From: Mayamaea pseudoterrestris
Taxonomy: Eukaryota
Assembly (NCBI GenBank): GCA_027923505.1
Contig: BROI01000008.1
Coordinates: 62,001 to 126,000 of the forward strand
Direction: 5' to 3'
Length of the DNA stretch: 64,000 bases
A model generated the notes under the pieces. That model saw only the letters and a program-made list of their open reading frames with translations. It was not told the DNA's origin and did no database searches. The position numbers and the translations under genes were made by a program. Positions 11,973 to 22,735 of the stretch are shown here, one piece after another; position 1 is the stretch's first letter, and every line of letters begins with the position of its first letter.

Positions 11973-13083
11973 TTAAAAGTTGACATCGCGTTTAATGCTA
12001 ACATTGGCCCCATGAATATTGGCACCATCAATGGGCATGTTGACGTTTGCCGTCCACGCCGCATCGCGCCACTCGACATTGAGTGAGTCATTGGGCTTGA
12101 GGTTTGCCGTCAAGCTCGAGTCGTCGGAAAGACGACGTTCCCACTCGACCGACAAGTCGCCATTCGAGTTGATCGTCGGCGCAACTCGATTGTCCTTGTC
12201 GAGCTGTTGGGAAATGGTGACTTGTTGGTTGTCAGCTGACGCGGTTAGCTTGACATGAGTGTTGTCGTTTCTGTAATTGACGACCACATCGCGCTGGTCC
12301 TTCTCCAAGTCGAACCTTGGAGTGACAGTGACGCGAGCGCCATTGACGTCAAGTCCCTTGGTCGCTTCCACGGAGCGAACGGTAAAGTCATTTCCGGCAT
12401 TGGCAACCATGTGCACCGAAAGGTCCGAGGCCGCGTTGCCGGCATCAAGCTCCAAGTTGGCGCGCGTAAAGTCTTGGCCGTCTAGTTCCGCTCGCGCCGA
12501 AACCCCCCATCCAGAAACGTCCGTCTGCGCCTTGCCCCAGATGGATCTGAAATGAATAATAGTGAAGTGATGCAGAAATGAAGATGAGTCATTACTATGT
12601 GAGCAGCAGCTTGGATACAATTTCAATCATCCATCCATCACTACAACCGTACAACGCAACGCACACCACACGTCACTCACCTTGGAAGAGAGGCAATGTC
12701 CGTCGTCGGTCTCGCCGCAGCCTTAATTCCATAGGAAAGGTCCAAGTCTCCCGAACGCGTCGCACTCTCCCAACTGACGACGGGATCGAGTCCATCAAGG
12801 CCGTCGAAGGATCCGTCACGGACTGAAATCTGTGTGAAATGACAGTGAGTGAAGAAAAATACAAGCAAGTGAGTATAGAGTAAAAGCAGTAGCAGCAGCA
12901 TTGAGTGCATCAGCAACTCAACGGACGTTTTAATTTGATTATGAAATGCCGACTCGTCGAATCTCTCGTATGTTGCTCATCAAGGAAGTTGAGGTACGAC
13001 TTGCGAACACGTACCGAAAGCTGCGGATTTCCAGCCGACGCGGAAGCAAGGACAGCGGCAAGAGCAAGAGCGGAAAGCTTCAT
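11973..13083 (-). CDS. Putative beta-barrel protein paralog 1, duplicate copy
   Basis: Same as 4679-5789 shifted by +7294. Confidence 0.83.
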
Positions 13084-13436
13084 GATGATTGTATGACTGG
13101 CGGGAATTAACAAGCGAGCAGTGGACGAAATTGAAGTCGAATCTTGTAGTCGGTTTGTGGGGACGCAGCAGTTGCAAACAACCGAGCAGTGACAGCAAAG
13201 GTGTCAAGCCGCGGAGGTGTCAGCGCAACTGCACCTCCAAAGATCCTTCTTGGTTCACGTTGCGACATGAGTTTGAAATTTTTAGTCCCGCTGCAAGGGT
13301 CTTGATTCGATTTTCTTCGTCGAACGACGAATCCTCCGGGGCGCATCATCCAATCTTCCAAAAGCTTCCCACCATATCCACTTGTCGTCATAATATTCAA
13401 CTACTGTTGCTATACTTGATCTTCATTATCACCATC

Positions 13437-14442
13437 ATGTACTACTCTACCACTAGTCTACTCGTTGTGCTGCTCAGTGCTGCCGCTACTGTCAATGCCG
13501 ACAAGGTTCCGTCGCAGCCACTCGTCACGCTCGGACTCAATACGGCGAACGTCATGTCACGCTTCGGAGGGCTCGAGCCGCAGGCCACTTGGTACACTGG
13601 AACACAGACTTTTGGAGAAGTCAATGTTGATGTAAGTCAAAGATTGATGTGAAGAAGAGAGACGGACGGTGAGGAGCTATTGGATGGCTTGGAACGAAAA
13701 ATGGATCTTTTTGTTGGCTCAACGCACGCACCTCCATCCATTCATATCACCCATTCAAACTGCCACTCACGTCACCATTTTCAACTCATGCTTTTTTTAT
13801 TCGCAGGGAGGAATTGACGTGCGAGTCGAAGATGTTGACATGATGCCATTCAACATCTGGGCCAGAGCTCAGCAAACAATCAAGGGATGGAACCTTTCGG
13901 CGCGCCTAGAGTCCAGCAGCAAGGCCTTGGATACCGTCGCCTGTCAGTTGCTTGCGGTCAGTGACGATGGCGCGACTCGTCTATACGCGCAAGGATCCGC
14001 CGATGCATCCGCCAGAACCGCCATGATGGACAAGGTCACCCTCGCGCAAAAGGTTCATGGCGAGGAACTCACATTGGTGCCGGCATACCACTTTGATACC
14101 AACGAGGTCGAGCTTGGAGTCATTTACACGGGACTTTCCGACGACACGGTTGTCAACCTTGACACTTCCACCAAGGGACCGCAAATGCTCACCGTTTCGC
14201 AACGCTTTGGAGCCAACAACCGCATCATTCCTTCCGTCACAACCAACGGAGACGTTGAGTTGGAGTACCGTCGGGCGATTGACACGGGCGTATTGGCAGC
14301 CAACTACAAGCCAAACAAGAGTGTCAGCCTAAAGTGGAACGATGGACCCTGGTTGGCGACACTTGAGGCGCCCATGACTGGACCGCAGTCATTCTCAAGC
14401 GATGTTCGTCTTTCGTTCAAGCGTGACGTTCAACTCTTTTAA
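13437..14442 (+). CDS. Putative beta-barrel protein paralog 2, duplicate copy
   Basis: Same as 6143-7148 shifted by +7294. Confidence 0.83.
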
Positions 14443-14800
14443 GAGAGCCGTGATTTGCAATTTGAAAATGTACCCTTTGCTACTGTAGTTGATTAACAAG
14501 ATTAAGCAGCCTTTGTTTGTTTTTGACTACGGCTGTGTAATACATTGGTAGGTGTACGAGGGCAAATGCAGGGAGTTGTTATCGCTAGCCTTATTGGCGT
14601 TGAATACTTGCGACGCTCAAGGTACGCTACGCTACGGAATTTCAAAATACTCGTAGTTGAAAACAATCTCCTAATATTCGACGTCTATACGTGAGACGCC
14701 TGCTAGTCAAGCAAAGCACGTGCGAGAGAACGATAATTCCACCAAGTCCGACAGTCGGACAAGGCGCCGAGCAGAGTTAAAGCATCTTTGTTCAACGCAC

Positions 14801-16201
14801 CTAGCTGTCTTCCTTGTACAAGCACTCCATGAGATCCTTTGTGAGTTGCTCTCGGTTTAGATTCTGCGGCAAAACCGAAACGAGTACGCATACGAAATAA
14901 ATGGTGAGCGCACAATGCCACATCGTCACCCTTTTGCCTCGCACAACGCCCCAGTCTCTGAGCAAACTTACCTTGCCAATAAAGACGAACTTGTTAATCT
15001 TCTCCTCGTCGTCGCTCCATGGCTTGGAAGCTGGTCCAAAGTTGATTTGCTCGTGGACGCCTTGAAAGACAAACTTGGTATTGGCTTGTCCATGAAACGC
15101 AAGGACTCCTTTGGTGCGATACAAGTCGGCCGCTCGGTCGCGCAGCAAGGCAATCATATAATTGTTGAACCAAAGCGAATGCAGCTCTCCTTTGAACGTA
15201 ATCCCGACGGACGAAACCATTTCCAGATTGTGCTTGCTGGTCTCCTGGTTTTCGAAAAAGTCCGGGTCGTAGTTTAAAATGGACTCCATGCTCTGCGATA
15301 AAAGAGCGACATATAAATCAGACGAGTGTGTGCAAATGAACGACACGAGCATGCAGTAAAAAACCGGCTCGACTCGCAAAAAGCCCAATCAAACATGACA
15401 ATACGTACAAACGAATTCAACCCCAAAATCTTGTCCAGTGGCGCCCTTGACCGTTCCGTCTCAATCACCGTCGCAAACTTATTGATATGCGAAAGTCGCT
15501 CCTCGAGCGCCGCCTTTTCCTCCTGCGTGACGAGGTCAATTTTGTTCAACAGAATCTTGTCGGCAAAGGCGACTTGCTGCAAGGCTTCATTGGCCGATCC
15601 ATCCGGCTTGACTTCATCCAAATGACGCGGCAAGTGTTTGCAGTCGGCCAAGCAGACAATGGAGTCAATAAAGTAGTGCTCCGATAGCTTGCTATTGGTT
15701 TGTACCGTGTAAACAATGGGCGCTGGATCCGCGAGACCCGTCGTTTCCAGTAGAATCGCGTCAAAGTCCGTTCGTCGCTTGGAAAGCTGGCCGAGCGTTC
15801 GGACCAAATCGCCTCGGACCGTGCAGCAGACGCATCCATTGTCCATGGTGATCAAGTCTTCCGGAGCATCAAGAGCCTCGGCGACTGAGATTTAGTGTGA
15901 TGAAATTAGCAGTGAAGAATGGAGTGAGACGAGTGAGACGAGAGAATTGAGCGAAAGGCGAAGAAACGAGCTGCAACTCTTCCAAGCTTTCCATCTTCAT
16001 TCAAACAAATCATAAGCATCAGTACTCACCAAGTCCATCATCAATGGATACTTCTCCAAACTCGTTCTCCAGAACGCAAATCTTCCACTTAGTTTGCTCC
16101 TTCAAAATGTAATTGACGAGCGTCGTCTTTCCAGCGCCGAGAAATCCTGTAATCACCGTGATTGGCGTCAATTTGGGGGTAGAAGCAGTAGCGTCTGTCA
16201 T
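14801..16201 (-). CDS. cobW: COG0523/CobW-family GTPase, duplicate copy
   Basis: Same as 7507-8907 shifted by +7294. Confidence 0.9.
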
Positions 16202-17275
16202 GGCTGCGTCGTCTTGCTTGGTGTAGATGGTCAACTCGTTATACTAGGAAGAAAAAGGCTTGTGCTGCTTGGATTTCGCTCGGCGCAAGTGTGGAACGAG
16301 TGGCGCGGTTCTTTCGTGGTCGAAATGGCGCGCCACAACGTCACGCGTCCGAAATCAATCGTATCGGTACTCAAATGTATCGATTCGTTCCATTCAGTCA
16401 CCATGGAGATTCGACCGTCGCATAGCATGATACGTTGCCAGCTTATCACCATGATTGGTCACTCTTGTCAGAATAACACATGGGCATGAAATTGCCATTA
16501 TTCCATTCTTGTCGCATCAAGATGGCGACGAAGATTAAACGATGAAAGAAGGTGAAACGCCATTTTTGCGCGGCTGTTTCAATTGCTTAGTCTTGCATCA
16601 AAAATTAGCAATCCCCTTGTGCTTTTGTCGTGTCGAAAGCACGAGAAGGAATGACGGAAGTTGTTCGCGGAAAGAAAGTACCAATGCGAAGCAGTGGCAT
16701 ACTTGAATGCGCTTAAACAGGAATAGTTTCTTCATTGTTCAATTTTGTTACACATGGCACATTTGCTCAGCGGTTTCGAGCAATTCATGCAGCAGAATAT
16801 GAGCTCGGCTACTGGTTGAAGACGTGCGTCTTGCATCGCTCAAATTGAGTCATGAGCGACCGTACGTATGCAAACGAGTGCATTCATGGAAAAACGAGGC
16901 ATCCATTTTACGGACGTTTTGCGCATTGCCAACCAGGATTACATTCTATTGCTGTGCTGCTGCTGCTGCAGCCGCCAGAATGAACTTTAACGTCCAGGTT
17001 TGCTTGAAAAGGCACTTGTTTTCTCACATATGCATTGGCATGTGTGCTTGTGGTACATGGTCGGTCGATGGGTTTTGCAAAACAGCAGTATAATTGCTAA
17101 ATAATAAACAGAATAGTATGGCTATGTATAGATATGTAGTTTTAGTTGACGACAAAACAAATTGGCGGAGCGCAAGAAAAGGCGGATGCAGCACAACTGC
17201 ACTGAATCTGGAGACCCGCCGCCGTCATGACAAACATCCCTTTGGTCGCTTTCAGCTCCGGTAAAGTTTCTAACT

Positions 17276-19168
17276 TTAAAGCGCCCCCATTTCGTCATCG
17301 TTGTCCGCCAAGCCGGTAGTATCAACAATTGCAGCTTCCACAGCAAGGTACTCGTCGATTGCTGTCGAAGCAGCTGGCGGGGCAAGCTCCACCTCCGCAG
17401 TCGACAAATCACTGCTCACAACATCATAGTTGGCAACACATGCAGCAGCCATTGCTGCTCCTACATCACCATCAACGTCAAGATGGGCGTCAGTAAGCAG
17501 GTCACTTGGACCCGGCAGGATTGCACGGCGTAAGACAGCCTGCAAGTCACAGTCGTTGTTCCGCAACAACTCATATAGAATCCCGACGTTGATCCAAGGC
17601 GCCAACAGGACCAGCCGCAACATGCGAGACGTATCTTCCTCTCCAAAGGGTGATTGAGGGAGAAGAGATCGCAAGCGAACTCTCGCCCGATTCACGGCAA
17701 CAACATGTGTAACCTGATTACGCCACTCTAGCTTGAATTGGCGCGCCGGCATCTCGGGTGAGTAACCGTCTTCAAAAAGAATATCTGTCAACGACGAGTC
17801 GGTCGCCCCAAATACGTCCAACAAGCTATCTGATGCAATGGCTTCTACCTTGCGTGGGCTGCCATCGCAAAATTGAAGAGTCAGCTTTCTTAAAGTTGCC
17901 TTTTGCGATCTAAGAAACGCAACGAGCTCCGACTCGATAGCAATATTCCAAATAGAGAGAGCAAGATTCAACGTGCGCACCTTCCATCGACAACCTTGTG
18001 TCAAAGCTGTTGACAATTGCCCAGACCCCATATTTTCGCTGTCTATCTCGAGATGCCGTATTAATTGCCCGTCCGAGAAAGCTCGGCATACACTTTCCAC
18101 AAGCATGTCTTCGTTAGGAGTGGAGTCATCAAAATTCTCAATTGTCAAAAGGTAAATCTCCGACTGACCAACCGTACCAGCGACATTCTCGTCTGTCTTA
18201 TTCATAGCAATGTGAAGGTAATTGCCGAGATTGATGTTCTCGGCCCGCGACGCCATGATCCCTCGACAAATGATGTCGCTGGCGATTTCTGTTGTGACTT
18301 TGACGCAACGTAAAGCTAGATTCCGAAGCGACTGGCCTTCCAGTAGCTGCCGAAGGGTTTGGGCGTCTGCTTGAGATGTGACATTGATCAGTGGCGCTGT
18401 TCGATTATAGTTTCCACTCACAAAGCAATCCGAAAGGCGAGGCAATGCAGAAAGGGCCGTGCAGAATATTGAAAGTAAATCGCCATCGATAATTTCCAAG
18501 GTAACACCGGATAGGGCTAGATACGGACGAAAGAATTCTTGCAGAACCAAAAGGTCCTCATCAACGTATGTCTGGCCCTTGCTCTCCACAGAGAGGTAAG
18601 TGATGGCTGACATGGGACTGCACATGGACGAGACTGCTCCCAAGAAGCTCGGTGGTAGACCACACAAATGAAGTGAGGTGATCCACGTGTAAATTTCTGC
18701 AAAAAAATCACGAATCGCTGCAGCAGATCCGTCATAGTCTGCTTCGATGTTGGCGCGGGCGAGCTCCGTAGTAATCGTTGGAAGGCCGCCAAGGGAAATT
18801 TGTGCATATACTTTTAAAACGCGAGAGGCAGCGGCAGCGGCAGCGGCAGCCAAGCGTTGACGCTCACGTTGGAGACAGGAGCTCCGCAACTCGGGAAACA
18901 GAGCTAGAGCCACAAAGTGTCTTGTCGAGATGTCGATGCGGCAAATAATTCCCCATTCCTGGTTGGGATCGTGTAGCTGACCAACTGTGACAATGGGAAT
19001 TTTAAGGCTTTTTCGGAAGCGACTGATTTGCTGTGGTAGCGGTTCCTGCATTTGCGGCGCCCTTGCTGGCACTGCCATGAGCTGATTCTCGTCGAACTCG
19101 GTATCTGTACTTTCATCGTCAGACTCTGTACTTTCATCGTCGCTTTCGACTTGATTAATTGCTTCCAT
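17276..19168 (-). CDS. Intronless RNI-like/leucine-rich-repeat protein, 630 aa
   Basis: Long ORF with LxxLxL-type units (LRNLALRC, IRHLEID, VRTLNLAL, LRKLTLQF) and acidic N- and C-termini. Paralogous to 22440-24746. Confidence 0.75.
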   Translation of the reverse strand: MEAINQVESDDESTESDDESTDTEFDENQLMAVPARAPQMQEPLPQQISRFRKSLKIPIVTVGQLHDPNQEWGIICRIDISTRHFVALALFPELRSSCLQRERQRLAAAAAAAASRVLKVYAQISLGGLPTITTELARANIEADYDGSAAAIRDFFAEIYTWITSLHLCGLPPSFLGAVSSMCSPMSAITYLSVESKGQTYVDEDLLVLQEFFRPYLALSGVTLEIIDGDLLSIFCTALSALPRLSDCFVSGNYNRTAPLINVTSQADAQTLRQLLEGQSLRNLALRCVKVTTEIASDIICRGIMASRAENINLGNYLHIAMNKTDENVAGTVGQSEIYLLTIENFDDSTPNEDMLVESVCRAFSDGQLIRHLEIDSENMGSGQLSTALTQGCRWKVRTLNLALSIWNIAIESELVAFLRSQKATLRKLTLQFCDGSPRKVEAIASDSLLDVFGATDSSLTDILFEDGYSPEMPARQFKLEWRNQVTHVVAVNRARVRLRSLLPQSPFGEEDTSRMLRLVLLAPWINVGILYELLRNNDCDLQAVLRRAILPGPSDLLTDAHLDVDGDVGAAMAAACVANYDVVSSDLSTAEVELAPPAASTAIDEYLAVEAAIVDTTGLADNDDEMGAL

Positions 19169-22100
19169 TGTTCAAATTGGTGCTTGGACGAGGAGGAGGC
19201 GACGGCGCAATGTTGTGATGTGTTGTGTGGCCATGGTCCATGGTCGACGTGGCGGATCGAGCGAGGGGGCATGGCCTTCCACGTGGTCTATTATCATTGG
19301 AGCAAACCCAACATCCTCGCATCGCATCGGTTCTGGACTGCAACCGCGACTAAGCTAGTCGTTTCGGCACTCAGAATGTGACTCGCAATTTTTCAACCAA
19401 ACGAAATCATCACAATGACCATTCGTCGCTCCGTCTCGTCTTGCAAGCTCAGTTTCCGTGCCAGTCACATCAAGGGTCTGCGATTCAAGGGAATAGAGAA
19501 GATGATGGCGAGTAATGTTGCTTTGAGCTGATTGACCAAGACAATGGCAGCACCATGCCGATGGTTGGAGGCCGGAAACTGACGGCCGAGACCCGAGATG
19601 CCCGAGACCACGCATACCTAGTCGACCATGCATCATGCACATTCACTCGCTACTTTGACGCAATTGGGACCACGAGGACCGATTGACGCTTGCACTCTGA
19701 CATATACTTGTATGCGCCTTGGTTTGTATATGAAAGCCAGTCAAGCTTGAAAGCGTCACGCGCCGTCATCAGCCATTAGCCTTACAAGGAGGAGCCTCAA
19801 CGGTCGATTGGATATAAGCATTAGTCCTTGAAGCAAGTCATTTGTCCTTGTTACAAAATATACATGGAAATACACAAAATTAACAATTGCACGGACTCAA
19901 GGTTGGAATTGTCGCCCAGCCTCGGCTGGAGACATCATGTTGCAGCGTCGCAACTATCAATATGTAGTGGACAGTGGACGGTACATTCGAGCCGATTGAT
20001 TGGTAAAGAATGGCTGCTTCTAGACTTGATTATGTACCTTATGAATGCAGCCGCACTCGTGGAGTATCTTCATTATGGCAATGGCAGTATGTTCATTTAT
20101 CGATGGCAGTTGCTGGATTGACGCTACGAGCGACAGGGATCCTGCGACAGGCAAGCACATCGAGTGGTTGACAGAGTGTTGCTTTTCTCTATGGATAAGG
20201 CGGTATATGAGCACAAGCATTTGCCGATTCGTGATCGTGATGGTGCGTTGTTCGTAAATCTGTGTCATGTCCTTGTGCAGTTAGCATGTGCCCTTTGCGC
20301 TCAAGGCCGCCAATGTTGGATCACACATTTCCCGTTCAAGCTTTTGACCGAGGTACTGACTGTGACTACGTGACTGCACGAGGACGATGCGCAGGTTGGT
20401 TGACATTATGTTCCATGAGCCAGTCAGCGACATGCGTGATAAACGCACACAGTTTATTGGGATATTTATGTCAATAAACGTACCGACAATAAAGTAGCGT
20501 ACAATAAGAAAGTAAAGGCATACATATTTTAGAGTCATTAGTTGTAGTTTGCAAACTCTTGGGCTCAGTAAAAAAGGCCACTCGCCAAAAGCACGAACAG
20601 AATCAGCCAAGAAGCGAGCATTGAACGACAACTATTGATGACGCAACTTCACAAGCCAGAAAAGTTACACTTTTCATAGAACGCCATCAAGAGAGACGTC
20701 GCTTTGGCAAAATTTTTGGTGGCGGCTTCAACGGCCGTCACTGCGGCAGCAAGCTCCTGATACGAGACATTCAGCTTAGTGTCTTCTACATCAGCGACAA
20801 CTTTGTTGTAAGCGTCAGTCGCAACCGCGGAAGCCACATTCTGAACGGCCACCAACATCAAGTTTGTGTGGATAACATGTTTGGCGGAGCTCGCGACAAT
20901 AAGAGCAGCGCGACGTGCCTTATTGGCCGCAATTACTTGAGGAGATTAATTGCTTCCATTGTTCAAATTGGTGCTTGGACGAGGAGGAGGCGACGGCGCA
21001 ATGTTGTGATGTGTTGTGTGGCCATGGTCCATGGTCGACGTGGCGGATCGAGCGAGGGGGCATGGCCTTCCACGTGGTCTATTATCATTGGAGCAAACCC
21101 AACATCCTCGCATCGCATCGGTTCTGGACTGCAACCGCGACTAAGCTAGTCGTTTCGGCACTCAGAATGTGACTCGCAATTTTTCAACCAAACGAAATCA
21201 TCACAATGACCATTCGTCGCTCCGTCTCGTCTTGCAAGCTCAGTTTCCGTGCCAGTCACATCAAGGGTCTGCGATTCAAGGGAATAGAGAAGATGATGGC
21301 GAGTAATGTTGCTTTGAGCTGATTGACCAAGACAATGGCAGCACCATGCCGATGGTTGGAGGCCGGAAACTGACGGCCGAGACCCGAGATGCCCGAGACC
21401 ACGCATACCTAGTCGACCATGCATCATGCACATTCACTCGCTACTTTGACGCAATTGGGACCACGAGGACCGATTGACGCTTGCACTCTGACATATACTT
21501 GTATGCGCCTTGGTTTGTATATGAAAGCCAGTCAAGCTTGAAAGCGTCACGCGCCGTCATCAGCCATTAGCCTTACAAGGAGGAGCCTCAACGGTCGATT
21601 GGATATAAGCATTAGTCCTTGAAGCAAGTCATTTGTCCTTGTTACAAAATATACATGGAAATACACAAAATTAACAATTGCACGGACTCAAGGTTGGAAT
21701 TGTCGCCCAGCCTCGGCTGGAGACATCATGTTGCAGCGTCGCAACTATCAATATGTAGTGGACAGTGGACGGTACATTCGAGCCGATTGATTGGTAAAGA
21801 ATGGCTGCTTCTAGACTTGATTATGTACCTTATGAATGCAGCCGCACTCGTGGAGTATCTTCATTATGGCAATGGCAGTATGTTCATTTATCGATGGCAG
21901 TTGCTGGATTGACGCTACGAGCGACAGGGATCCTGCGACAGGCAAGCACATCGAGTGGTTGACAGAGTGTTGCTTTTCTCTATGGATAAGGCGGTATATG
22001 AGCACAAGCATTTGCCGATTCGTGATCGTGATGGTGCGTTGTTCGTAAATCTGTGTCATGTCCTTGTGCAGTTAGCATGTGCCCTTTGCGCTCAAGGCCG

Positions 22101-22735
22101 CCAATGTTGGATCACACATTTCCCGTTCAAGCTTTTGACCGAGGTACTGACTGTGACTACGTGACTGCACGAGGACGATGCGCAGGTTGGTTGACATTAT
22201 GTTCCATGAGCCAGTCAGCGACATGCGTGATAAACGCACACAGTTTATTGGGATATTTATGTCAATAAACGTACCGACAATAAAGTAGCGTACAATAAGA
22301 AAGTAAAGGCATACATATTTTAGAGTCATTAGTTGTAGTTTGCAAACTCTTGGGCTCAGTAAAAAAGGCCACTCGCCAAAAGCACGAACAGAATCAGCCA
22401 AGAAGCGAGCATTGAACGACAACTATTGATGACGCAACTTCACAAGCCAGAAAAGTTACACTTTTCATAGAACGCCATCAAGAGAGACGTCGCTTTGGCA
22501 AAATTTTTGGTGGCGGCTTCAACGGCCGTCACTGCGGCAGCAAGCTCCTGATACGAGACATTCAGCTTAGTGTCTTCTACATCAGCGACAACTTTGTTGT
22601 AAGCGTCAGTCGCAACCGCGGAAGCCACATTCTGAACGGCCACCAACATCAAGGTTTTGGTACTAAACCTGTTGGCGGAGCTCGCGACAATAAGAGCAGC
22701 GCGACGTGCCTTATTGGCCGCAATTACTTGAGGAG
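19153..22735. repeat. 1,791-bp tandem duplication (copies 19153-20943 and 20944-22735)
   Basis: ORFs recur at +1791 (19155/20946, 19828/21619, 20649/22440). The junction TTACTTGAGGA-G-ATTAATTGC lies at about 20944. Confidence 0.95.
20649..20943 (-). pseudogene. Orphan duplicate of the last ~98 codons of the 768-aa gene
   Basis: The peptide MLVAVQNVASAVATDAY...KCNFSGL is identical to the 768-aa C-terminus, but the copy is cut at the duplication junction. Confidence 0.8.

Larger units (their letters stand above)
9539..16832. repeat. 7,294-bp tandem segmental duplication, copy 2
   Basis: Direct repeat of 2245-9538. Identity ends after GACGTGCGTCTT at 16832. Confidence 0.97.

Noticed and set aside
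20649..20959. Functional chimeric gene at the 1,791-bp duplication junction
   Set aside because: The duplicated ATG reaches a stop after 8 codons (MEAINLLK*).
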